From an uncultured Rhodospirillaceae bacterium (GTDB lineage Bacteria > Pseudomonadota > Alphaproteobacteria > CAAGCB01 > CAG-977): DNA of 64,000 nt. The position numbers were made by a program, and so were the translations under genes. Below the pieces are notes generated by a model. It did not search any database. It saw only the letters and a list, made by a program, of their open reading frames with translations, and had not been told where the DNA came from. The stretch covers positions 1,158 to 65,157 of the forward strand of contig URSF01000003.1 of the NCBI GenBank assembly GCA_900550445.1, read 5' to 3'. This document shows, in pieces, positions 19,515 to 27,882 of the stretch (position 1 is its first letter; each line of letters begins with the position of its first letter).

Positions 19515-21680
19515 TTATTGTTCCGGCGTCACAACCGGAGGCGGTACGACGTCGGGAACCGGTTCCGTTCCGTCCGCCGTGGGAATCGCCGGCGGCGTTT
19601 CGGAAACGGGTACATCGGGAATCGAAGGCGGCGTTTCGGGCGCCGGAGGTATTTCGGACATTTCCTTTGCCATGGCCGCGGCCGGCATTTTCGGCATTCC
19701 CAGCCCCTTGCCCAGCGTTGATTTAAATCCTTTGATGACGGGGACTTTAATCAGCCGCGGTGCAGGCGTACTTTCCGCCGGCGCGCTGCCCTGCTGTTTA
19801 GCCGCTTCCAAAGCCGCGCGTTTCCATGCCGGCAGATCGGCATATTCGTCGCCGGTTTCATTTAACTTAAATGTCGGCGGAGGCGGCGGACGATCGTCAA
19901 CGCCGTCGTCCATTTTAGTTTCTACCGTTACGGCCTCTTCCAGCTGCTTATTCTGTTCTTCGGGTTTCAGAACGACGATTTCAACGCCTTTTTTATCCTT
20001 CGGACGGATAATTTTAATTAAATCTTCCCCGCTTACTTTGTCATACATCATCAATACTGACAGCGGGTTTTCAATATGGTGCTGAATCAGACGCTTGATT
20101 TCACGCACACCGTTCTTGGCAATAAAGACTTCATCGGCAAACCATTTGCGCGCTTCCAGACTTAATTCCGCGCGCAGACCGACCGCTTTGGCGCGTTTAA
20201 CGAACTTATTTAAATGAATGTCGACAATCGCCAACAGGTTTTCTTCCGCCAGACCGTGGAAAGGAATAATGTCGTCAATACGGGCCAGAAATTCCGGACG
20301 TAAATTTTTGCGCAGAAATTCCATACGCTGATAACGCGGCAAATTCGCCCCCAAGTTTGACGTCATAATGACAATCGTGTTTCTGAAATCGACCGTAACG
20401 CCTTTTCCGTCGGTTAAGCGCCCTTCGTCCAGCAACTGCAACATCAGGTTTAAAATTTCGCTGTGCGCTTTTTCCAATTCGTCGAACAAAACCACCTGAT
20501 ACGGCCGCAAACGAACGGCTTCCGTCAGCACGCCGCCCTGTTCGAACCCCGGCGTTCCGGGCGGAGGCCCCAACAAACGCGCCACTGACGATTTTTCCAT
20601 ATATTCCGACATATCCAAACGCAACAAAGCCGTTTCGTCGTCAAACATAAATTCGGACAAAGCCTTTGCCAGTTCCGTTTTACCGACGCCGGTCGTCCCG
20701 ATAAACAGAAACGTTCCCAAAGGACGGTTCGGATCCTGCAATCCCGACTTCATACGCCTGACCGCGCCGGAAATCACCGAAATCGCTTCGGGCTGGCCGA
20801 TCACGCGCCGGCCGATGAAATTTTCCAGATCAATCAGTTTCTGCTTATCTTCCGATCCGACCTTGTCCATCGGAATCCCCGTCCAGAACGATACGATATT
20901 GGCAATATGCTGTTCGGTTAAGACATTATCCTTTGTCGTTCCTTCGTCCAAATCCATCATCAGCCCGGTCGCGGCTTCGTCCAACAAATCCAGCGCTTTT
21001 TCCGGAAACAGGCGCGATTTGACATAACGCGCCGACATGGAAACCGCTTTTTGCAAAATTTCATCGGGGATTTTTACGCCGTACTTTTCTTCCAGACGCG
21101 GCGCAATCCCGCGTAAGATATCCGTCGCTTCGGCCGGCGTCGGTTCTTCGATATACATTGTCTGCAGACAGCTCATCAAATCGGGATCCGTTTCCACATA
21201 CATTTTGTACGCGTTTAATTCCGCTTCAACAATGCACTGAATACCGCCGTCCAAAACTTTCGGTTTTAAAAAGCGGGGGATTTCATGATTGCCGTTCGGC
21301 GTCATCGCCAAAAAGCCCAAATCGTTGATAAACAGGATTTTCTGCCCTTTTGCCGCCTGAAGTTCCTGAAACGCCTCTTTTAAATGGTCTTCGTATTCCG
21401 CCTGTGTTTTGGAATCAATCATCATCGTGGCGATATCAACGCCGACGACCGTGCGTCCTTTTAATTTCGGCGGACAGTCCCCGGCCGCCAAAGCCGCGGC
21501 AACGCCGATTACGATCGACGTTTTGCCTAACCCCGTCTGCCCCAGCAGCATCGGGTTGCTTTTCATGTCGCGCAATAAAATATGCATCACGCGCCGGATT
21601 TCTTTTTTACGGCCGACAATTTGTTTTAATTCGCCGTTTTTCAGCTTTTCGGCATAATCAATAATATACTTGCTGGCCAT
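19515..21680 (-). CDS. atypical two-ring Clp/Hsp100-like AAA+ protein: no N-domain, no M-domain, degenerate D1, Pro-rich C-terminal tail
   Basis: D1 has GQTGLGKTS but ILFINDLG where a Walker B ILFIDELH is expected. D2 is canonical (FLFIGTTGVGKTELAKAL, VVLFDELEKAH, IVIMTSNLG, RPEFLARID). The last ~150 aa are low complexity (RPPPPPTF..., ETPPSIPDVPVSETPPAIP...VVPPPVVTPEQ). Confidence 0.75.
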   Translation of the reverse strand: MASKYIIDYAEKLKNGELKQIVGRKKEIRRVMHILLRDMKSNPMLLGQTGLGKTSIVIGVAAALAAGDCPPKLKGRTVVGVDIATMMIDSKTQAEYEDHLKEAFQELQAAKGQKILFINDLGFLAMTPNGNHEIPRFLKPKVLDGGIQCIVEAELNAYKMYVETDPDLMSCLQTMYIEEPTPAEATDILRGIAPRLEEKYGVKIPDEILQKAVSMSARYVKSRLFPEKALDLLDEAATGLMMDLDEGTTKDNVLTEQHIANIVSFWTGIPMDKVGSEDKQKLIDLENFIGRRVIGQPEAISVISGAVRRMKSGLQDPNRPLGTFLFIGTTGVGKTELAKALSEFMFDDETALLRLDMSEYMEKSSVARLLGPPPGTPGFEQGGVLTEAVRLRPYQVVLFDELEKAHSEILNLMLQLLDEGRLTDGKGVTVDFRNTIVIMTSNLGANLPRYQRMEFLRKNLRPEFLARIDDIIPFHGLAEENLLAIVDIHLNKFVKRAKAVGLRAELSLEARKWFADEVFIAKNGVREIKRLIQHHIENPLSVLMMYDKVSGEDLIKIIRPKDKKGVEIVVLKPEEQNKQLEEAVTVETKMDDGVDDRPPPPPTFKLNETGDEYADLPAWKRAALEAAKQQGSAPAESTPAPRLIKVPVIKGFKSTLGKGLGMPKMPAAAMAKEMSEIPPAPETPPSIPDVPVSETPPAIPTADGTEPVPDVVPPPVVTPEQ

Positions 21681-21689
21681 AAACTCCTC

Positions 21690-22508
21690 CTATCCGTTAT
21701 AAACGCCCGTAAAGGCGCAGTGCGTTCCGCCCGTCATCAGAATGTCTTTACGGTTTTTCCATTCAATAACCAAAGAACCGCCGTCCATTTTAATTTCCGC
21801 TTTGCCGGCCGACAATCCGCGCCGCACGGCCGCGACCAAAGTCGCGCAAGCCCCCGTACCGCAAGCTTCGGTAACACCCGCGCCGCGTTCCCAGACGCGC
21901 ATGCGGATTAAATCCGGCGATATAACCTGCGCAAACTCAACGTTTGTCCGTTCGGGAAACAACGGGTGATTTTCAATCCGCGGCCCAAAGCCGGCAACGT
22001 CAAAACGTTCCACGTCGTCAACAAAAAACACGGCGTGCGGATTGCCCATGGAAACACAGCAGGCAGCCGGCAATCCGGGCAGAATGTCAACCGCCGCCGT
22101 ATCGGTTTTTTCGGCCAAAGGAATTTCGTTCCATAATAACCGCGGCGGTCCCATATTCACCGTGACCGGACCGTCCGCCGTTTCGCGCGACGCGGTTAAC
22201 AGCCGCCCGTCGGGCGCTTCCATTTGAACAAAATCCGACCGGATTTGATCCATCAACAGCTTTGCCGTACAGCGCGATCCGTTGCCGCACGCGCCCGCTT
22301 TTGACCCGTCCGCGTTAAAGAACAGGATTTTCACGGCGACTTTGGCGGATTTTTCCAAAACGATCAGCTGATCAAAACCGACCCCCGTCTTTCTGTTTCC
22401 CAGAGCTACGATTTGATCCGCAGTCAGACGGACGTTTCCGTCACGATTGTCAATAATGACGAAATCGTTTCCCAACCCGTCCATTTTGGTAAAGGGAATT
22501 GCCGTCAT
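21690..22508 (-). CDS. dapF: diaminopimelate epimerase
   Basis: KMDGLGNDFVIIDNR plus the two catalytic Cys contexts (CGNGSRC, ACGTGACA). Confidence 0.9.
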   Translation of the reverse strand: MTAIPFTKMDGLGNDFVIIDNRDGNVRLTADQIVALGNRKTGVGFDQLIVLEKSAKVAVKILFFNADGSKAGACGNGSRCTAKLLMDQIRSDFVQMEAPDGRLLTASRETADGPVTVNMGPPRLLWNEIPLAEKTDTAAVDILPGLPAACCVSMGNPHAVFFVDDVERFDVAGFGPRIENHPLFPERTNVEFAQVISPDLIRMRVWERGAGVTEACGTGACATLVAAVRRGLSAGKAEIKMDGGSLVIEWKNRKDILMTGGTHCAFTGVYNG

Positions 22509-23704
22509 AACGATAAATTTCCAATTCTTTCCAGAGCTTTCAACGTATTTTCACGCGAACCGAAAGACGTTAAACGCACAAAACCTTCCCCACACGTTCC
22601 GAAACCGGATCCCGGCGTGCAGACCAGCTGCGCTTCGTTCAACAGTTTTTCAAACAAATCAACCGAAGTCATACCGGCCGGCGTTTCCAGCCAGATATAA
22701 GGCGCATCGACGCCGCCGTAAACTTTAAATCCTTTGCCGGCCAGCGTTTCGCGGATCAGACGCGCGTTTTCCATGTAATACCCGACCATTTCCTTAATTT
22801 GCTTTTTGCCTTCGGGGGAAAAGACCGCTTCGGCGGCGCGCTGCACGACATAAGCGACGCCGTTGAATTTTGTCGAATGCCGCCGGCTCCACATCGCGTT
22901 GACGGACACTTCGTCCCCTTTCGGCCCCAAAGCTTTCAAAGCTTTCGGCACAACCATATAAGCGCAGCGCACGCCCGTAAAACCGGCCGTTTTTGAAAAA
23001 GAACGCAGCTCTATCGCAACGTCTTTGGCCCCTTCCACTTCATAAATACTGTGCGGAATGCCCGGCGTTGAAATGTATTCTTTATAAGCGGAATCAAAAA
23101 TAATCACCGCACCGTTTTCTTTGGCATATTTTACCCAGCCGGCCAGATCGTCTTTCGTTAAAACGGCGCCTGTCGGATTATTCGGCGAACATAAATAAAT
23201 CAGTTCGGCCTTTTCCCTGGGCAGAGCCGGCAAAAAACCCGTTTCCCGCATGCAGGGCAGATATTCGATCGCCCGGCCGGCCATGATGTTTGTATCGCGG
23301 TAAACCGGATAAACCGGATCGGGAACGGCCACGCGCGCCGTTTCGCTGAACACTTCCTGAATATTGCCGACGTCGCATTTTGCCCCGTCGGAAACAAACA
23401 CTTCGTCAATATCCACGTCAACGCCCCGCGCTTTATAGTCATTGTCGACGATTGCCCGCCGCAAAAACTCATACCCCTGTTCCGGGCCGTACCCGCGCAT
23501 TGTCGCCGCATCGCCCATTTCGGCGGCGGCTTTGCGCATCGCTTCGATACAGGCGGCGGGAACAGGTTGCGTTACGTCGCCGATGCCCAGACTGATAATA
23601 TCGGCGTCGGGCGTTTTTTCCTTAAAAGCCTTTATTTTTCGGGCGATATCCTGAAACAAATAATTGGCGGACAAATCAAAATAATGCGGATTAGCTTTAA
23701 TCAT
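22505..23704 (-). CDS. dapL: LL-diaminopimelate aminotransferase (DapL type)
   Basis: N-terminal NPHYFDLSANYLFQDIARKI...IISLGIGDVTQPVP and the PLP-Lys context SFSKTAGFTGVRCAY. It overlaps dapF by 4 nt. Confidence 0.8.
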   Translation of the reverse strand: MIKANPHYFDLSANYLFQDIARKIKAFKEKTPDADIISLGIGDVTQPVPAACIEAMRKAAAEMGDAATMRGYGPEQGYEFLRRAIVDNDYKARGVDVDIDEVFVSDGAKCDVGNIQEVFSETARVAVPDPVYPVYRDTNIMAGRAIEYLPCMRETGFLPALPREKAELIYLCSPNNPTGAVLTKDDLAGWVKYAKENGAVIIFDSAYKEYISTPGIPHSIYEVEGAKDVAIELRSFSKTAGFTGVRCAYMVVPKALKALGPKGDEVSVNAMWSRRHSTKFNGVAYVVQRAAEAVFSPEGKKQIKEMVGYYMENARLIRETLAGKGFKVYGGVDAPYIWLETPAGMTSVDLFEKLLNEAQLVCTPGSGFGTCGEGFVRLTSFGSRENTLKALERIGNLSL

Positions 23705-23713
23705 CGTTTTTTC

Positions 23714-24004
23714 CTAAGCGTTAAATATTTTTTTGACCGGAGCGTCGTACACCTGCGACGGCGCGCCGTCTTCGTCGACTTCGCAGACCAGAATCTGCCC
23801 CACGTTTTCCAAAGTTGTCCAAATATCGCCGGGTACGTCGGTCAGGCGCAAAGACGGCATTTTTTTTGAACGAATCAGAACGGCCTGACTGTCCCTTAGC
23901 GTCAGACAGGGGTTTTCGGGTTCTTCGTCAAAGCCGTCCAGAACCAGCATCAGTTCGCCGTCGTCGTTAAACAAAAAATCGTATTCATTAATGTCCATTT
24001 TCAA
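23714..24004 (-). CDS. small acidic hypothetical protein, paralog of 40802..41095
   Basis: 96 aa. It shares YD..N.DGEL...P..P...A.L.R......L....L....L..E......Y.APV.K with the 97-aa ORF downstream of gatB. Confidence 0.6.
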   Translation of the reverse strand: MKMDINEYDFLFNDDGELMLVLDGFDEEPENPCLTLRDSQAVLIRSKKMPSLRLTDVPGDIWTTLENVGQILVCEVDEDGAPSQVYDAPVKKIFNA

Positions 24005-24090
24005 TCTCTTACATTTTCGGGCAAACCGCCGCGGTTATTTTAGATGAATTTCCGCCTTATTAAAAGCGTTCTTTTATCTTTGCGTCAACG

Positions 24091-24119
24091 AAAAAAGCCC
24101 CGACGGGCGGAGCTTTTTC
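24091..24119. terminator. imperfect hairpin flanked by A6/T5, likely the gltX terminator
   Basis: aaaaaa-gcccc-gacgggc-ggagc-ttttt, with one mismatch in the stem. Confidence 0.45.
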
Positions 24120-24141
24120 CTTTTTTGTTTTAATCTGCCCG

Positions 24142-25599
24142 CTAAGCGGCGGCGGCCTTGAGTTTTTCAATTCCCGTTTTAATCCGTTTCAGACTTTCGT
24201 CTTTACCGAACAGATAAACGGCTTCGACCGCGCCGACCGGCGTACACTGTTTTCCTGTCAGCGCCGTACGGACCGGCCATAAAAACTGCCCGTTTTTCAT
24301 GCCGAGCTTTTCAGGCACGGCCAGCAACGTGTTATGTACGGCCTCCACGGACGACCAATCCGTCATTTCCGCAATGACTTTTTCTGCTTCCTGCAAAGCT
24401 TTCAAAGCGATTTCCGGCGTTGTTTTCATTTTTTTATGCACATACATTTCAATGTCATATTCCGGCAAAACGTCAATAAAATCGACCGCTTCCGGAATTT
24501 CGTTCAACACGTTGACGCGCGGCTGGACACACTTTGACAATACGGCCAGATCAACATCGCGCTTAACGGCGTCCTTGTAATACGGCAAAGCGAGTTCATG
24601 GAACTTTTCGGGAGCCAGAGCGCGGACATAAACGCCGTTCATCCATTTTAATTTTTCAGGATCGAAAATCGCGGGCGATTTATTAATGCCTTCAATGTTA
24701 AAAATCTTTTCCAATTCGGCCATTGAAAAGATTTCTTCGTCGTTTTTCGCGCTCCACCCCAACAGAATAATATAATTCACGATTGCTTCGGGCAGATAGC
24801 CTTTGGCGACCAGATCCTGAAACGACGCGTCGCCGTTGCGCTTGGACAGCTTGTTGTGTTCGTCCTTCATGATCGGCGGCAAATGCACATACGTCGGAAT
24901 ATCCCACCCGAACGCCTGATACATCAGATTGTATTTCGGCGTGGAAGACAAATATTCATTGCCGCGCAGAACATGCGTGATTTTCATTAAATGATCGTCG
25001 ACGACATTGGCGAAATTATACGTCGGCAGCCCGTCGGATTTCAGCAAAATTCCTTCGTCCAAAGTTTTGGCGTCAACCGTGACATGGCCGTAAACGCAGT
25101 CGTCAAAAGAAACGGTTCCTTTCGGATCAATCGTCTGACGCACGGTATATTTTTCCCCCGCGGCGATACGCTTGCGCGCTTCTTCAACGCTCAAACGCTT
25201 ACACGGATCGCGGAATTTAAAAGGAATACCGGCCTCTTCACAGGCTTTGCGCTGGCTTTCCAGCTCTTCTTCGGAACAAAAGCAGTAATGCGCGCCGCCC
25301 AGATCGACCAGCTTATCGGCATATTCTTTATAGATCGCGCGGCGTTCGGATTGGATATAAGGTCCGTACGGCCCGCCGACGTCCGGCCCTTCGTCATGAC
25401 GCAGACCGACTGTTTCCATCGTTTTGTAAATAATATCGACCGCACCGTCCACATAACGTTCCTGATCGGTATCCTCGATGCGCAGAATAAACTTTCCGCC
25501 GGCGCTTTTGGCGACCAGATATTCGTACAACGCGGTTCTGAGGTTTCCGATATGCATATAACCCGTCGGGGACGGGGCGAATCTGCTTCTGACTTCCAT
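24142..25599 (-). CDS. gltX: glutamyl-tRNA synthetase
   Basis: RFAPSPTGYMHIGNLRTALY (HIGH motif) and KLSKRNG (KMSKS motif). 485 aa. Confidence 0.92.
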   Translation of the reverse strand: MEVRSRFAPSPTGYMHIGNLRTALYEYLVAKSAGGKFILRIEDTDQERYVDGAVDIIYKTMETVGLRHDEGPDVGGPYGPYIQSERRAIYKEYADKLVDLGGAHYCFCSEEELESQRKACEEAGIPFKFRDPCKRLSVEEARKRIAAGEKYTVRQTIDPKGTVSFDDCVYGHVTVDAKTLDEGILLKSDGLPTYNFANVVDDHLMKITHVLRGNEYLSSTPKYNLMYQAFGWDIPTYVHLPPIMKDEHNKLSKRNGDASFQDLVAKGYLPEAIVNYIILLGWSAKNDEEIFSMAELEKIFNIEGINKSPAIFDPEKLKWMNGVYVRALAPEKFHELALPYYKDAVKRDVDLAVLSKCVQPRVNVLNEIPEAVDFIDVLPEYDIEMYVHKKMKTTPEIALKALQEAEKVIAEMTDWSSVEAVHNTLLAVPEKLGMKNGQFLWPVRTALTGKQCTPVGAVEAVYLFGKDESLKRIKTGIEKLKAAAA

Positions 25600-25733
25600 G
25601 GGGACAATCCTTTTTAATAAAAAACGTTTTGCCTAATTTCTACCCGTTGGGGGGCGAAAGTCAAGGGAAAGGTCGACGCGCGCTAAACATTCTTGCATTA
25701 AACCGATTGATTTGATAGGCTAACCCTGCGTTT

Positions 25734-26369
25734 GTGAATTTTTTGCTTGCACTCAATCAAAAGGCATATTTGATAAAAAAATACTTGTTAGTTTTATGTT
25801 TTTTTCTTGTTTCCTGCACGGGAGACAATTTGGCATTGTCAAATAAAAGAAAAAATGAACATTGTATAGATATGGAACGCTTTAAAATTTTCCAGACTTT
25901 TCCTGCAAATTACGCTTTGGCGAATAATTGTAAAAAAAATGACGAAGATTATTGCTTTGGAGCCATTGTATTGCTAACTCCGCAACGAAATGTTGATTAC
26001 TATGACGGCATGTTCGTTACTTCTCCAGTCGGCAAATGCGCTATGCAAGACGGTATATACCGATATGAATCAAAAAGTGGTTTGAATACGGTTCCCAGAA
26101 TACGCTGGGCATTTAAATATGCTCCTGAAAACGAACAAGAAGCTGTTGCACAATTAAATGAACATATGGAGAATAGCATAAATGAATGCAAATTGATTTA
26201 TGCGTCAAATAAAGAAACAAATACTGAAGAAAATATGAAAAATTGCGATTGTGTGGTTAAAGAGGCGTTTAGATACCGTTTCCGAAAGTCAGAAGAGATT
26301 GAAATTTCCACAGAGGATTTGATAAAAAATATTAAAGAAAAATGTGGAAAAATACCTGAATTTTTATAA
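25734..26369 (+). CDS. hypothetical lipoprotein in a low-GC islet
   Basis: GTG start and a signal peptide with lipobox LVLCFFLVSC. The Cys-containing mature part matches no recognised family. The coding sequence is AT-rich compared with its neighbours. Confidence 0.5.
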   Translation: MNFLLALNQKAYLIKKYLLVLCFFLVSCTGDNLALSNKRKNEHCIDMERFKIFQTFPANYALANNCKKNDEDYCFGAIVLLTPQRNVDYYDGMFVTSPVGKCAMQDGIYRYESKSGLNTVPRIRWAFKYAPENEQEAVAQLNEHMENSINECKLIYASNKETNTEENMKNCDCVVKEAFRYRFRKSEEIEISTEDLIKNIKEKCGKIPEFL

Positions 26370-26410
26370 TCATTCCAAGTTCTAGAAAGTCTTCTTTATC
26401 CATTGTAGCG

Positions 26411-26440
26411 AAAGCCCGCTTGAAAAAGCGGGCTTTTTCA
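26411..26440 (+). terminator. terminator hairpin between the convergent lipoprotein and ATPase genes
   Basis: agcccgct-tgaaaa-agcgggct followed by ttttt. Confidence 0.7.
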
Positions 26441-26442
26441 TT

Positions 26443-27786
26443 TTAAAAATCAACGTCCACGGAAACTTTTACGCCGCCGAAGTCCGCTTGTTTGAAAAAC
26501 ATCACCATGTACCACGGCAGATAAAGCGTTCTTTCGTCATCTTCCACGTTTCCCGAACAAAACACCATTCCTTTTTCCAAGCCCCATTCTTCAACCGCCA
26601 AAGCTTTATCCAAAGCGGCATGTTTTTTGTAATCTTTGCCCGACTTGATTTCTATTGGGACGGCTTTGCTTCCCTGCTGAACGACAAAATCGACTTCACC
26701 GATTGATTTTTTATTTAAATACCTCAGCATAAAGCCGTTTGCTTTTAATTGTTGCGCGAATACGTTTTCCAGCACACTGCCCATGTTGACAGCCAGATTC
26801 CCCTGCAAAATATCGAATTGCACATTTTCCAGTCCCATGGCGCACAGCAATCCCGTGTCCCCCATAAACAGTTTGAACAGCCGACTTTGCTCGTTGATTT
26901 TCAACGGTACTTTCGGTTCGGACAAATTGTAGCAGGGCAATGCGACCCCCGCGTTTTGCAACCAGACGAAAGCGTCTTCGTATTCGCGCAAACGGCTGTT
27001 TTTATCAATCGCGGCAAGGGTAAACCGCCTGTTTTTGTCATCCAGCTGAGCCGGAATTTCATCAAAGATTTGAGTGACTTTCGCCTTTTTTTCCAAAGTG
27101 TATTGACTGATATCCTGTCTGTATTGCGCCAGAATATCTTTTTGCAATTCAACAACCCGACCGATGTCATGCGTGTCAACAAATGTTTGGACAACGGCGG
27201 GCATGCCGCCGACAACGACATAATAGCGGAACAAATCCGTCATTTTTTTGTGGATAATTTCCGCGGGCGGCTGTTTGCGATTATAGCAATCCCGCAAAAC
27301 ATCGATTGTTTCCCGCTGAACGCCGTTTGCCATGCAAAATTCTTCAAAATCCATGGGATACATTTGCAGCGTTTCTTCGTATCCGACGGGATACGACGGA
27401 ACATGCTTGTAATTCACTCCCAGCAAAGAGCCTGATTCGATATAGTCAAACCGTCCGTCGTCCACCAAAAATTTTATAGCCGTTCTGGCATTCGGACATT
27501 CTTGAATTTCATCAAAAAAAACAAGCGTTTTTCCACGCTCCAAAGACGTATTCAAAAACGCCGTCAGATTCATTATCAATGTGTCGGCGTTCAAGTCGCC
27601 TTTAAAGATTTCAGCCGCACTCGGTTGAGTTAAAAAGTTGATTTCAACAAACTTTTCATAATGCGATTTGCCGAACCGGCGAGCCAGATACGTTTTTCCG
27701 ATTTGCCGCGCCCCTGTGACCAGCAACGCTTTTTTATTCGGATTTTGCCTCCATTCTATGAATTTTTGTTCGATTTTGCGGAACAT
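26443..27786 (-). CDS. AAA-type ATP-binding protein with a DUF4143-like C-terminal half
   Basis: Walker A LVTGARQIGKTY and Walker B LVFFDEIQ. The C-terminal EVDFVVQQGSKAVPIEIKSGK resembles the restriction-endonuclease-like DUF4143 module (recalled family architecture). Confidence 0.7.
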   Translation of the reverse strand: MFRKIEQKFIEWRQNPNKKALLVTGARQIGKTYLARRFGKSHYEKFVEINFLTQPSAAEIFKGDLNADTLIMNLTAFLNTSLERGKTLVFFDEIQECPNARTAIKFLVDDGRFDYIESGSLLGVNYKHVPSYPVGYEETLQMYPMDFEEFCMANGVQRETIDVLRDCYNRKQPPAEIIHKKMTDLFRYYVVVGGMPAVVQTFVDTHDIGRVVELQKDILAQYRQDISQYTLEKKAKVTQIFDEIPAQLDDKNRRFTLAAIDKNSRLREYEDAFVWLQNAGVALPCYNLSEPKVPLKINEQSRLFKLFMGDTGLLCAMGLENVQFDILQGNLAVNMGSVLENVFAQQLKANGFMLRYLNKKSIGEVDFVVQQGSKAVPIEIKSGKDYKKHAALDKALAVEEWGLEKGMVFCSGNVEDDERTLYLPWYMVMFFKQADFGGVKVSVDVDF

Positions 27787-27798
27787 GCAAGCACCTCA

Positions 27799-27877
27799 AT
27801 CACGTTTTTCAACTATGATTATAGGATAAATATCACGTTTTTCAACATCAAACAGGCCGTTTGAATCACGTTTTTCC
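27799..27877. repeat. three direct copies of ATCACGTTTTTC at 33-bp phasing
   Basis: Copies start at about 27799, 27832 and 27865. They lie in the 96-bp spacer between the helicase stop and the DUF4143 ATPase start. Confidence 0.75.
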
Positions 27878-27882
27878 GAAAA

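Noticed and set aside
19579-20085. 168-aa Gly-rich plus-strand ORF (GGVSETGTSGIEGGVSGAGG...).
   Set aside because: It is the antisense reading of the Pro-rich tail of the AAA+ gene, since CCN codons read as GGN on the opposite strand.
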